Of a stretch of DNA of 64,000 nucleotides, positions 18,847 to 29,031 are shown piece after piece. The translations under genes were made by a program, and so were the position numbers. A model generated the notes under the pieces. That model searched no databases and was not told where the DNA came from. It was given only the letters and a program-made list of their open reading frames with translations. This stretch comes from a virus (lineage: Duplodnaviria; Caudoviricetes): positions 3,224-67,223 of the IMG/VR virus record IMGVR_UViG_3300048606_000027; one strand, given 5' to 3'. Each line of letters begins with the position of its first letter. Position 1 is the stretch's first letter.

Positions 18847-19134
18847 TCAGATTGAGCGGCACGATATCGTCCCTTCGTTGGCAAAAATCGCCGCGCCTCT
18901 CGCGATGAACGACCGTGCCTCATCCTCTGTTATCCATCCAGCCGCGTATTGTTCGTCGCTGTATTTCTCGCGATAGGACCAATCGCATTTGTCGCATGGG
19001 TCATCGCCGCCAACCTCCAGAGTCCAATGTTGACCGCGCGCCCGGAAGTAGAATTTATGGCCATTGATCGTGCCGTCGGCCTGGACGGGACAATTGCCAT
19101 AAAGCATCTCGATATCGACGACTGGATCGTCCAT
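18847..19134 (-). CDS. Hypothetical protein
   Basis: GNCPVQADG..FYFRARGQHW motif; backbone codon usage. Confidence 0.5.
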   Translation of the reverse strand: MDDPVVDIEMLYGNCPVQADGTINGHKFYFRARGQHWTLEVGGDDPCDKCDWSYREKYSDEQYAAGWITEDEARSFIARGAAIFANEGTISCRSI

Positions 19135-19143
19135 TCCCGACTC

Positions 19144-19893
19144 CTAACGGAACATCTCATCATCGAACTCAACCATGGGCGGCGCCTGGAACGCGACGGG
19201 GATGGGTCCAACTTCCGCCGCCAGTCCGCCACTGGCGATCCAGCGCAGTTCGTCCAGCAGCGCATCGGCATGTTGCGGCGCATTGACCTTCACGGCCTGC
19301 ACCAGCGCGTTGAAGGCGATGTTCCAGAGCCCGGCCTGTAGCCGGCTCGGCCCTCGGGGGAGGGCCACGAGCTTGCGCACGCGCCGTCGGATACCCGCCT
19401 CATCGTCCCAGTCAGCCATCAACGTCTCTCGCGCCGGCGGCGCCCACTTGCGCCACACCGCGATGTCAGCGGCCCGCATATCGACGCGGACCAGATACGC
19501 GAACGCCTCCTCGGACCGAGACCGGATCAGATCCAACGCGCGGGCGCACTGTTCGTCCTCCGTGGCCCGATACCAGTGCGCGAGCCACTGCTTCGCCTCT
19601 GGACTGACCGGCGCCGTCTCGGCCTCCACCGGCAGTGCGGTGGTGCTCTGAGGGCTGTTGGCGGACTGCCAGGTCTCGAGTGCCCGGGTAACGCCGGCTT
19701 CGTTCCAGAACCGCTCCGTGGCCGCGACGGCATCGAGGCTGGCCTGGCAGTAGGTCTCGGCCGGGAAGCGGAGTTGCATCGCGGGCAGAGACAGCGCGAC
19801 GGCGGCCTTCACGTCGGCCTCGGACTGCGGCGCCTGCCGGGCCATGAGGCTGAGCATCCACTGGCGAACGTGGCGGGCGGTAGCCTTGCTCAC
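19144..19893 (-). CDS. Hypothetical helical protein (replication module)
   Basis: GTG start coupled to the upstream stop; Ala-rich. Confidence 0.5.
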   Translation of the reverse strand: MSKATARHVRQWMLSLMARQAPQSEADVKAAVALSLPAMQLRFPAETYCQASLDAVAATERFWNEAGVTRALETWQSANSPQSTTALPVEAETAPVSPEAKQWLAHWYRATEDEQCARALDLIRSRSEEAFAYLVRVDMRAADIAVWRKWAPPARETLMADWDDEAGIRRRVRKLVALPRGPSRLQAGLWNIAFNALVQAVKVNAPQHADALLDELRWIASGGLAAEVGPIPVAFQAPPMVEFDDEMFR

Positions 19894-20189
19894 CGTGGCG
19901 CTCTTTCCAGTTGATATGCGCGTCCCTGTATCCAGGCGGTGTTCAACGCGAATGCCTGTTCCTGGGCATCGCATTCCGCATCGTCTCCAAACCGCGCGGA
20001 CCCCGCTCCGACGGCGGTAATCAGGTTTATAACTGTCCAGCCGCTCGCGGTGCCGCCACAGCACGGGCACGCTTCGTTGAAAACTCGAATGGCGGCGTAA
20101 GGCCCCTCGCGTTCATCGTCCTCCTGTATCCACTGAGGATCGTATCCGTGCTCACGAAACAAATCGTCAGATGCGCGCTCAATCGGCAT
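19890..20189 (-). CDS. Hypothetical Zn-ribbon protein
   Basis: CPCCGG; RBS GGAGGGA upstream. Confidence 0.5.
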   Translation of the reverse strand: MPIERASDDLFREHGYDPQWIQEDDEREGPYAAIRVFNEACPCCGGTASGWTVINLITAVGAGSARFGDDAECDAQEQAFALNTAWIQGRAYQLERAPR

Positions 20190-20556
20190 TTCCAGGTCCC
20201 TCCAGCACGTTCTCAACCGTCCCGTCGATCAGCGGCCACATCTCGGCCTCGCGGAGCAGGAGTTCAGCGGCCCCGTTGCGCAGGACCGGGCGGACGCGGG
20301 GCACGATCTCATCCTCCCACCTGTCACCGGTCAACCACGTGCTCGGGTGCGGGATCAGTGTCTTCTCCTGCATCCCCTTGCGGCAGGCGTCCTCTTTCAT
20401 GCCGTCGAACACGCCAGCGGCGAGTTGCGCGGCGAGGCCGGCGAGGATGTCAGCGGAGGGTGCCCGGTTGACGGCGGATGCCCACGAGCGGCGCGCGAGC
20501 CCCTTGGCGACCTTGCGGGGGTATTGAGCCCAAAAAATATCGAAATCTGCAGTCAT
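20179..20556 (-). CDS. Phage replication protein, C-terminal-type domain
   Basis: FDIFWAQYPRKVAK..A...IPHPSTWLTGDRWEDE motif of phage replication initiators. Confidence 0.75.
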   Translation of the reverse strand: MTADFDIFWAQYPRKVAKGLARRSWASAVNRAPSADILAGLAAQLAAGVFDGMKEDACRKGMQEKTLIPHPSTWLTGDRWEDEIVPRVRPVLRNGAAELLLREAEMWPLIDGTVENVLEGPGNAD

Positions 20557-21080
20557 GACTTTGCTCCGCTATAAGCGAATTCTCCGTGATGCTTAATCTG
20601 GGCAACGCTACGAGCCGATATGGCTTCCTCCACCGTGTCATAGCGCCCCAAATTCATTCCACGTCCATCGAAACAGATTGAAGCGAACCACTTTCCTCGG
20701 TCGTTATCCCAAGAGACGCCTGTAATTCCTGTTTTGTTGTTAGATCGTGGCGCGACATTGCAACTATTCTGAGACTGAGTAGCTTCACGAAGGTTTATCC
20801 ATTGATTGTCAGATTTATTTCCGTTTATGTGGTCTATCTGATTAACAGGCCACGCGCCTGTTGTTATCACCCACGCTACTCGATGCGCCTTATGCATCTG
20901 ATCGCGGAAACGAATACAAGTATAACCCCATGCATCCACATACCCAGCCGATTTTCCAGCAAATCGCGCGTTGAACCGTCGAGATGTTCTGGGAAGCCAG
21001 ACCAAATCCCCAGTCTCTGGGTTATATCTCAGGATAGTCTGAAGATGCTCAGCCGTAGGAAGATTAGATGAATATGCCAC
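20553..21080 (-). CDS. HNH-AP2 homing endonuclease
   Basis: KAHRVAW..G.WP..QIDHINGNKSDN.WINLREAT..QN plus AP2 KTGITGV.W...W.ASI...LGRYDT.EEA. Confidence 0.9.
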   Translation of the reverse strand: MAYSSNLPTAEHLQTILRYNPETGDLVWLPRTSRRFNARFAGKSAGYVDAWGYTCIRFRDQMHKAHRVAWVITTGAWPVNQIDHINGNKSDNQWINLREATQSQNSCNVAPRSNNKTGITGVSWDNDRGKWFASICFDGRGMNLGRYDTVEEAISARSVAQIKHHGEFAYSGAKS

Positions 21081-21255
21081 GCGACCCCTCCTGGAATTGT
21101 TCGGGGCGCTTGCAACTTATCGTTTCGGCCCGTATTTGTGGCCGGAACGGTCCGTCGCTCCCGCGCCCCAACGCGGTTAGTAGGCTCAAGTGCGAGAGGT
21201 TTGCCGCCTCTCGCCACCGTTTCTCACTCTGCGGCGCGGTCAGGCGCCCGTCAAG

Positions 21256-21519
21256 CTATCGCACCCATTCCATCAGTGCCCAACCAGCGGCGAAGCTGAG
21301 CACGCTCGGGAGAAAAGTGGCCAGCACGAGCCACACGACGGGGTGCACGTGCGCTTTGCGCCGCCAGCTTGGCGTAAAATCGCGGTAGAGGTGGTGGTTC
21401 ATCGGGCGATCGGCTGGCGGCTCGCTTTGATGTCCGGGTATCATGGCTTTGATGTCGGCCTCGCTCATCCCGTTATACCGTAACACTTCAACAATCGTTT
21501 GAGGCCCGCGCATCATCAT
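21256..21519 (-). CDS. Hypothetical membrane protein
   Basis: C-terminal hydrophobic VVWLVLATFLPSVLSFAAGWAL. Confidence 0.4.
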   Translation of the reverse strand: MMMRGPQTIVEVLRYNGMSEADIKAMIPGHQSEPPADRPMNHHLYRDFTPSWRRKAHVHPVVWLVLATFLPSVLSFAAGWALMEWVR

Positions 21520-21604
21520 TCTCCCACAATCCAAATACAAAGCCCGATCGGCAACCCGAGCGTCCAAACGACGGCCACGAGCGCGATCAGGTCGGCGAGG
21601 TCGG

Positions 21605-21796
21605 TCATTCACCGAACATCCCACGGGCGTCGAGTGGCGGGGTGGAATTGACCAGTTTAACGATGGCCATTCGAATCACCTCAGCCCGCGCGAACTTTTC
21701 GCCGGTCACCCGTCGTCCTTCGGCACAATAAGCATCGAGGGCCGCGAGTTCGGTGGGGTCCATTCGAAGCTGGATAGCGGTGGTGAGTTTTGCCAT
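21605..21796 (-). CDS. Ribbon-helix-helix (CopG/Arc-like) regulator
   Basis: AIQLRMDPTELAALDAY...RAEVIRMAI. Confidence 0.75.
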   Translation of the reverse strand: MAKLTTAIQLRMDPTELAALDAYCAEGRRVTGEKFARAEVIRMAIVKLVNSTPPLDARGMFGE

Positions 21797-21840
21797 AGCC
21801 AGCGATTAACATGTTCGGGATATCTTGGATACTCAGTTTA

Positions 21841-21874
21841 TGCATATCCGGTATGTCCATTTCGTGGATATGCA
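21841..21874. promoter_or_regulatory. Inverted repeat in a divergent promoter region (probable RHH operator)
   Basis: TGCATATCC-N16-GGATATGCA between divergently transcribed genes. Confidence 0.5.
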
Positions 21875-21939
21875 AACAATCCGACTTCCGTCATTCCCCC
21901 TCCCAGAGGCCGGGATCATCCGGCCGAGGGGACCACCAA

Positions 21940-22179
21940 ATGAACGATCTTGGGATACACAACGAACAGGTCATTGAATGGTTGGCGGAATCACGTGGAT
22001 TTGTGATGGCCATACAGTTTCCGGCTCAAAATGCTCTGCCATTCGTGCTGCGTTTATCAGAATGGAATGACGCCAGGTCAGCGGCCATCGGCGAACTTGG
22101 TCACGTTGATGTGGCGTCCGAAGGCAGTGCGTCCCTCTCGACCATGGGCGCGATCCTGGGGGCGATCACCAGCGCCTGA
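21940..22179 (+). CDS. Hypothetical protein, first gene of the rightward operon
   Basis: RBS GAGGGG upstream of the ATG at 21940. Confidence 0.5.
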   Translation: MNDLGIHNEQVIEWLAESRGFVMAIQFPAQNALPFVLRLSEWNDARSAAIGELGHVDVASEGSASLSTMGAILGAITSA

Positions 22180-22249
22180 CCCTACGGAGCGGCCTGCGGG
22201 CCACCCGCACCTGATCACCGGGCTTCGACCCCAACACGAGGATGAGACG

Positions 22250-22773
22250 ATGACCCTCGCACCCGAGCACATCGACGATCTGATCCGGATGGAACGGCTC
22301 GATGCTGGCTTCCATCAGATGATGGCCGAGCACTGGCACAAAGCGGCGCGGAGGGTGAAGGCGGAGTTCAGGGAGCCCTACCTCGCCGAGGGTGATGAGC
22401 ACCTGGCCAGCGCGAACAGGTGCCTGGCGGCCGCGATCGGGTGGGCAAGCCGATGAGCGAGCCGAAGCTGAAATGCAGCGAACGCGTTCCCTCCGGCAGG
22501 TTCGGCAGGATACCGTGCTCCAAACCCGTCACCGTGGAACGTGACGGCCATCCCTGCTGCACCATCCACGATCCCGAGCGCATCGCAGCCAGACGCGACG
22601 CCTGGAACAGGGCTTATGACGAGCGGGCCATTCGAGATAACCAGATATACGCCAAGACATCCGCGCGCGCCGCCATCGCCACGGCCGCGATCGAAGCCGT
22701 CAACGACGCGGGGTCGCACGACCCCTGGTTCCGGGTGATCGCCGCGGTCAGGAAATGGGAGAAATTGCCGTGA
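22250..22773 (+). CDS. Two coupled small hypothetical proteins (22250-22456 and 22453-22773)
   Basis: ATGA overlap; the second has a C...C...C..H Zn-binding pattern. Confidence 0.45.
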
Positions 22774-22960
22774 TCGGCGTTCAACTGACGATTTTTGATC
22801 GGCACGGTGAGGCGAGTGTATTCCTGCATCCGTCCGGGGACCATATTGTCATCCGCTATCATCCAGACAAGCGCGGCGGCGAGTATCCCAATATCATAGC
22901 GCACGGCTCGGAGCGTTGGGCACGCGATGTTGAAAAAGCGGAAAGGGCGAGTGTGTTTCT

Positions 22961-23947
22961 ATGAGAACTATTGTCGAGATCAAGTTCGGCTCGCACCTGT
23001 ATGGCACCAGCACACCCGCGTCCGACGTTGATTACAAGTCGGTGTTCGTGCCGCCTGCGGATGACATCTTGTTGCAGCGCGTGAAAAACACAATTACGAG
23101 CCAGCGGGCGAAACAGCCATTCGAGAAGAATGTGGCCGGCGAGATCGACCGCGAGGCATACGCGCTGCACCGATACCTTTCTCTGCTGGCCGAAGGTCAG
23201 ACCGTCGCGCTAGACATGCTGTTCGCGCCACGTTGGGCGATGTCCGGCGATCCCGATCCGATCTGGCACACGATCTGGGATGCGCGCCATCAGCTTCTAA
23301 GCCGTCGCGCGGCCAGCTTCATTGGCTACTGCCGGACCCAGGCCAACAAATACGGGATCAAGGGTAGCCGCGTGCATGCGGTGCGCAACATCGTGGAGTG
23401 GTTCGATCAGGCAATCGCGACGCATGGGCATTTGGCCAAGATGGAGGTCGCCACGGGCACGCTTCCCGCGTTCATCGCTGAGCGCACTCTGGACCATACG
23501 GCCATCATCAGCATACCGCATCCGACAAGGCCGGACGTTGGGCTTCCGCACCTGGAATGCTGCAACCGCAAAGCGCCCTTCACGGTGTCACTCAAGGACA
23601 CGCGGGCGATCTATGCGCGGCTTCTCGACGAATACGGCGCCCGAGCGTTGATGGCGGAACGCAATGAGGGCGTGGATTGGAAGGCCCTATCTCATGCGGT
23701 TCGCGTTGGCACCGAAGCGCTGGAACTGCTGGCGACCGGGCATATCACGTTCCCATTGCCGAACGCGGCGCGCGTGCTTGCGATCAAGATGGGCGAGTTC
23801 CCGTATGCCTTGGTCGCGGAGGAAATAGAGGGCTTATTGGAGCGCGTGGAAGCCGCTGAGAAGGTCTCTTCGCTGCCGCTCGTGCCGAACCAGACCATGA
23901 TCGATGATGTCGTGCGTGATGCCTACCGATCAGCGGTAATATCATGA
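22961..23947 (+). CDS. Pol-beta-superfamily nucleotidyltransferase (T4 NrdC.11 / RlaP-like)
   Basis: FGSHLYGTSTPASDVDYK (GS...DxD) and DWKALSHAVR. Confidence 0.8.
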   Translation: MRTIVEIKFGSHLYGTSTPASDVDYKSVFVPPADDILLQRVKNTITSQRAKQPFEKNVAGEIDREAYALHRYLSLLAEGQTVALDMLFAPRWAMSGDPDPIWHTIWDARHQLLSRRAASFIGYCRTQANKYGIKGSRVHAVRNIVEWFDQAIATHGHLAKMEVATGTLPAFIAERTLDHTAIISIPHPTRPDVGLPHLECCNRKAPFTVSLKDTRAIYARLLDEYGARALMAERNEGVDWKALSHAVRVGTEALELLATGHITFPLPNAARVLAIKMGEFPYALVAEEIEGLLERVEAAEKVSSLPLVPNQTMIDDVVRDAYRSAVIS

Positions 23948-24166
23948 CCCGCCGCATCACCCCCGCCCTGTGCGCCGCCCGTCGTGCCCGCGGCATCCTG
24001 GCGACGCTCCACCCAGGAGAAATCGTGCTGATCCCACTCGATGGCGGACGCTACTGGCAGCGGGAGGGTGGAGCGCGCATCGGCGCCGTCGCGGCACAGG
24101 TGCTTGGGGTTGGGCGCTACACGGTCGATACAGTCTCAACGGAGGGGTTCGCGAAGGTGACGTATC

Positions 24167-24457
24167 GTGCCAGCTAAGCGCCTCTTCACCGCGACCGAGG
24201 ACAATCTGATCATCGCCGCGCGTGCCGATCGCGTCTCGTGGGCTGACATCGCCCTGCGGATCGGCGACGTCGTGCGCGATACCGTCCGGGTGCGCGGCAT
24301 GGAACTCGGGCTGTCCATGCGGGGCTCCAATGGCCGTGACTATGCCAGGACGGAGCCGGTCCACAGCGAGCACCGCGAGCCGCTGCCAGCGCATCATCCG
24401 GTGGCGTGGAGCGCGATTGAACGGGCTTTGAACGATCACAGAAGGGGATATCCATGA
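24167..24457 (+). CDS. Myb/SANT-like DNA-binding protein
   Basis: FTATEDNLII..R...SWADIALRIG...VRVRG..LGL. Confidence 0.6.
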   Translation: MPAKRLFTATEDNLIIAARADRVSWADIALRIGDVVRDTVRVRGMELGLSMRGSNGRDYARTEPVHSEHREPLPAHHPVAWSAIERALNDHRRGYP

Positions 24458-24785
24458 TCACCGGCGCCATCGCCATCCTGATCATCGTGCTCCTGAGCGC
24501 GCTGGCCGGAGGATCGGACGAATGAGGCGTATCCTGATCGTGCGGCCGGACGGGACGGTCAGCGAGGAAGTGGGGCGGTGAAACCAAACGGCCCTCCCGT
24601 CAGGATTGACAGAGAGGGCCGGAGGTAGTTCTGTAGCGTTGTCGCGGCGGAGCTTCCAACTTCCGGACCGCGGTGGATGGCTGTATAGGGCAGCCGAGCA
24701 ATGAAGCCGACGGTTATTTACGTAATCCTCGGATTTCTTGCAAGGCCCCATTCACCATCGGAATTAACCGAGGCGGAGATGGGCT

Positions 24786-25109
24786 ATGACCAGCGAATTA
24801 TCCGGCGAAAAAAGGAAGCGTGTCAGGGCGCAACTCGGGTGGCGCTTCAATCGCCCCGGCCAGGCCGATCCGTGCGGACCATACTGGATCGTCATGAATC
24901 TCTCATGGCACCGGGATCTCCGGTATCGGGGGCCGAATGTTCATTTTCGTCACCCAACAGTGGAAGCCGCGACCGCTGAAGCGGATCGGTTGTCTCGACA
25001 GGAGCGGCATCTTGGCTGGCGCTTCGGCGTGTTCGAATTCACCAATATCACGTGCAAAGTGGAACCGCTTGCTGAGCAATCTGTCGAATTAACGCAGGCG
25101 GCTGAATAA
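24786..25109 (+). CDS. Hypothetical protein
   Basis: HPTVEAATAEADRL motif; preceded by a promoter-like hairpin. Confidence 0.5.
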   Translation: MTSELSGEKRKRVRAQLGWRFNRPGQADPCGPYWIVMNLSWHRDLRYRGPNVHFRHPTVEAATAEADRLSRQERHLGWRFGVFEFTNITCKVEPLAEQSVELTQAAE

Positions 25110-25409
25110 TGGTCATCTGGCACACTGAGCCGGAGGTTTGCGCGTGGTAGGAATTGAGCATTCAGCGGACTGCAACATCAGCGAAAAGCTAAGCAGCACA
25201 TGCTCGTGCGGCGCTGATCTACGCGGATGCTATTACCCCATCGTGGCCGACGCCGGCATGTGCTGCGGCGCCACCCCGTGCGATCTGGAATGGTATCGCC
25301 CGTGCGGAAGTTGTTGGGATTTCAGGACGTGTGGCGATTGCGCCGAACCCGTCTGGCCAGGACCATCAAGCAATCTATGGGCGCGACCTGAGTTTCCGGA
25401 GATGGCGGC

Positions 25410-26063
25410 GTGACCAAGATGAACTGGGACAAAGCGCGACGCCGGACCAAGGGCATCCCCGTGTCTCCGGTTCAGGTCGCCGCTGACCGTCATATCGCGG
25501 CTGAGAAATCAAAATCAACCGATAAGCACGGACGCGCGGCCGCCGATGTGGCGCCGCTCGAAACCCCGATCTGCCCAACGTGCGGGAACGTCGCACGGTT
25601 GTCCGATGGCAAGTTTGGGATCAAGGCCGAGTGCTGCGGATTGTGGTCGTGGGGGCTGAAGTCCCTCGTGAGCCGGGAGACGCACGCCGCCCGTATCGCC
25701 GCTCACACCGCGTTCGACGCACTCTGGAAGTCCGGTAGGATCGAACGCCGCGACGCATACGCCAAGCTGGCCGAACTCATGGGTATGCCGCGGGCCGAAT
25801 GCCATATGAGCCTGATGACGGTCGAGCAGGCTACCCGGGCACGGCGACTGGTGACCGATGGTGCGATCGTCGCTGACCCGCCGCCGCCGTTACCCAGGAC
25901 CACGCGCACGCATCCCGCTCACAGGCGAAATAAGCAGCGTGAGGTGTTTATCACGGTCGGCGCGGACTGCCCCTGGAACACGACACCTGGCGTCCGGCAG
26001 TCTCATCACTTCGAATCGGTCGAGGCCGCGCACCGCGCTGGCTTCACGGCGGTTCGCGCGTGA
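25410..26063 (+). CDS. Zn-finger protein (DUF3268-like)
   Basis: CPTCG...ECCG...R..AH.AFD.LW...R..AY..LA..MG....CH. Confidence 0.65.
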   Translation: MTKMNWDKARRRTKGIPVSPVQVAADRHIAAEKSKSTDKHGRAAADVAPLETPICPTCGNVARLSDGKFGIKAECCGLWSWGLKSLVSRETHAARIAAHTAFDALWKSGRIERRDAYAKLAELMGMPRAECHMSLMTVEQATRARRLVTDGAIVADPPPPLPRTTRTHPAHRRNKQREVFITVGADCPWNTTPGVRQSHHFESVEAAHRAGFTAVRA

Positions 26064-26371
26064 TGAAGGGGCGCTATGACAAGAAATCCGGACGGCTCAA
26101 ACGCTACCGCGATATTCGGCCACCCATGCCACTGTTGAACGCTGAGCAAGCTGGATGGCTACGTCGTTTAATCGAGGGCCCCATGCGGCGGGACGGAAAC
26201 TCTGATCCGCTTCCCTACGGCATGGCGACTATCTTCCTCGATTACCAACTGATCGAGCCATTTACCGAATTCTCGCACGGCGCCGGGATCGTGCGTCAAA
26301 GCTGGCGGTGTTGGAGGATTACCCAATCCGGAGAACAGGCGCTTCGCACGGCGCGGAAGGAGGCCAACTGA
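26060..26371 (+). CDS. Hypothetical protein
   Basis: Coupled start; ends WRITQSGEQAL (winged-helix-like wing). Confidence 0.45.
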   Translation: MMKGRYDKKSGRLKRYRDIRPPMPLLNAEQAGWLRRLIEGPMRRDGNSDPLPYGMATIFLDYQLIEPFTEFSHGAGIVRQSWRCWRITQSGEQALRTARKEAN

Positions 26372-26996
26372 CGCGAACCACCGCGTGACAGACAGGCCCC
26401 ATACCATGCCGGACACCGCGGACGAACGACGCGAAAACCGACACAGCCAGCCGTGCGTAAACCACACCGATGAGGCAGCCGGCCCCGTCGATGCGCCCCG
26501 CCCCCATGTCGGCACATGTGTTCCGCGTATTCGTGGGACCTACGGGGGCATAATATGATTCCGTTTTTGCTTGACGCTCAGGTGCGCCTGAGACCGCAAG
26601 GCGAGCACGCGAGCCTCGCTGAGCCCAACGAGCTGCTGCACCAACAAGCGAGCCTCGCCGCCGGCCGCACCGTCTGAGCCGTATCGAGGTCCGTGCCACA
26701 GGCTCGACCATCGCAAGCGCGATGGCCATTGGTTTTGTTAAGAACAGAAGGTCTCTCTTTGTTGATGGAAAAAAGAAAAGAGGACTGAGTCTCGGACTAG
26801 CAAAAAAACGCCAAAATGTGAGAAAAAATAACATGCGAAAACCGAAAATTCCGCGCGAGCCCTACGCGATCGAACCCTTCGACTTCGAAAGGGACGGAGA
26901 TGCCGCCCGCTGCGTGCCGATAACAAACTTTGTCATCCCGCCATGGCTCGCGCTTCTGACGGACGATCCGGACTGGCAACCGGAGGGGGGGATCGG

Positions 26997-27896
26997 ATGA
27001 GTCTCGAACCCACCTCACGCGGCCAGCCCGAACCGCACGAGCACGGCAGACCGCGAACCAATCCCCTCCGTGAGCCGCACGTCATCGCCCGCCTCCGCGA
27101 GTTCATCGCGACCGAAGGCGCCGGACGGCCCGGCAAACCCGGCAACTCGGAGATCGCCGCGATGGTGTGGCGGGAGTTTAAGATCCCGTGCAACCCGAAC
27201 AAAATCGCCGGCACATTGGGCCGCGAGCGCATTAGCCGAGGCGGCGTGAACAACAGAAATCACGCGCCGATCTGGCCTGAGGATCGCGTCGCTAAACTCC
27301 GCGAAATGTTCGAGGCCCGCGCACCATGGGATGCCGTCGCGGACGAATTCGACGTGACGGTCGAGGCCGCGAAGCACAAATGCTACTCGCTGGGACTGCG
27401 CCGAGATCGCCTGCCGAGCGAGAAGCTGCCATCCAAGCCCACGCAGTCTAAGCGCGCACCGCGTCGTCTCATCACGTCGCCACTGCCCATCCGGACACCG
27501 CTGGCGCCTCACTCGCACGTCCGCGACGATCTGGTGCCCAAGGCGACGTTACCTCTGCCGCCGGCACAGCATCAGATCACGGAAGGCGATGAGGGTCCGG
27601 ATTTTGTCCCGGATTATATCGTCTTTTCGCGCGCCGCATTGTTAGCCCGCGCCAACGCACGACGGCGTGGGCTGATCGCGGGAGAGTTCCCCACCGCACT
27701 CCCCAGACTCCCCGTCCCCACACCGATCCCCAAAGCCAGCGGACGCGTGATCGAATGCCAATGGCTCGATGGGAATGGACCGTTCGTGTCCTGCCCCGAA
27801 CGTTCAGTGCCAGGCGGTGTCTACTGCCGGGACCATGACTGGCGGGCGCACCACCAAACGCGGACTGAAACCACACCGCAACCCGACGCCACGTAG
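26997..27896 (+). CDS. GcrA-like transcription regulator
   Basis: HTH (WPEDRVAKLREM..WDAVADEF) plus C-terminal CQW..G....C.......YC..H motif of the GcrA family. Confidence 0.65.
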   Translation: MSLEPTSRGQPEPHEHGRPRTNPLREPHVIARLREFIATEGAGRPGKPGNSEIAAMVWREFKIPCNPNKIAGTLGRERISRGGVNNRNHAPIWPEDRVAKLREMFEARAPWDAVADEFDVTVEAAKHKCYSLGLRRDRLPSEKLPSKPTQSKRAPRRLITSPLPIRTPLAPHSHVRDDLVPKATLPLPPAQHQITEGDEGPDFVPDYIVFSRAALLARANARRRGLIAGEFPTALPRLPVPTPIPKASGRVIECQWLDGNGPFVSCPERSVPGGVYCRDHDWRAHHQTRTETTPQPDAT

Positions 27897-27983
27897 GATC
27901 GAGCCGTAAACAAGGAATTCAACAATGTCAGTCTCCCTCCAAGGTAAAACTTACCGCGCCGAAATACGGCCCCGGATCGGGCA

Positions 27984-28475
27984 ATGGTGATCGAATTCCG
28001 AGGGCAAATATTCTGGCAAAATGTCTTGATAGGAGACGACGAAGCCTGTTGGCCGTGGAAGGGCTCTGTCCGAGGAAAGGGTTATGGCCAACTTCGTTGG
28101 AAAAACCATAAGGCATCCGCGCATCGTGTCGCTTATTATTTGAACCTGGGAGAAGAGGTGCCTCGCTTGTCGCCGGGAGGATCTCGGGATGCTTTGTTGG
28201 TCATGCATTCTTGTGATAATCCAAGATGCTGTAATCCCCATCATCTAACTATCGGAACAACCAAACAAAACAGCGCTGATTGCTCTGCGAAGGGGAGAGC
28301 CGTGGACAATAGCGGGGAGCGGCATGGGATGGCTAAGCTTACCATTAATCAAGTGAGAGAAATCCGTGAGAGATGTATGCGGGGAGAAACAAAAAGATCG
28401 ATTGCTAAACGACTTGGCGTCTCTGAGTCGGCTATCCACTTGATAACGAACGGAAAGAGATGGAAAAATGTCTAA
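27984..28475 (+). CDS. HNH endonuclease with C-terminal HTH
   Basis: CWPWKG...GYG..SAHRVAY...VMHSCDNPRCCNP.HL..GT..QN. Confidence 0.9.
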   Translation: MVIEFRGQIFWQNVLIGDDEACWPWKGSVRGKGYGQLRWKNHKASAHRVAYYLNLGEEVPRLSPGGSRDALLVMHSCDNPRCCNPHHLTIGTTKQNSADCSAKGRAVDNSGERHGMAKLTINQVREIRERCMRGETKRSIAKRLGVSESAIHLITNGKRWKNV

Positions 28476-28710
28476 CCCTGTTGTTCACCTCAACGGCCGG
28501 ACTTTCTGTTCGGTCCGCACCATGGCCGGCGAACCGCTCGTGATCGTCCAACGCGGTAAAATGTGGCGCGTGGCGAGCGATCGGGATACGGTCAGGGTGC
28601 TCGCTGGACTGAACGTGTGTCCTCTGCGGGTCGTGACACTTGACAAAATGGCTCGGAATTAGGCAATTCGCGATATGGTAACCGGTTACCTCAGAACAGA
28701 TTTATAGCAG

Positions 28711-29031
28711 ATGGCCACGCGAAAAGCGCCATCCACGGCTTTTAAGAAGGGCCAGTCCGGCAACCCCGGAGGGCGACCGAAGATCGTGGCTCACATTAAA
28801 GACCTTGCTCGATTGCGCACTGACGACGCCGTGGCCGCCCTCGTGGCCGCGTTAAAAAATCCCAACGAGCGCGTATCGGCCGCGACGATCCTTCTGGCCT
28901 ATGGCTACGGCCGTCCGCAGCAAACGATCAACGTTCGGAAGATCAAGAGTATCGACGATTTGGACGAAGAGGAGTTGTCGATCCTCGCCGCCACTCCCCT
29001 CGACAGCGACAAGCGGGCGACAAAGCATTGA
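28711..29031 (+). CDS. Putative terminase small subunit (DUF5681-like N-terminus)
   Basis: FKKGQSGNPGGRPK...AATILLAYGYGRP; lies upstream of TerL. Confidence 0.65.
   Translation: MATRKAPSTAFKKGQSGNPGGRPKIVAHIKDLARLRTDDAVAALVAALKNPNERVSAATILLAYGYGRPQQTINVRKIKSIDDLDEEELSILAATPLDSDKRATKH

Noticed and set aside
26390-26480. Short ACC/GCC-rich stretch resembling the pentamer arrays
   Set aside because: Only 2-3 units stay in phase; periodicity is not sustained.
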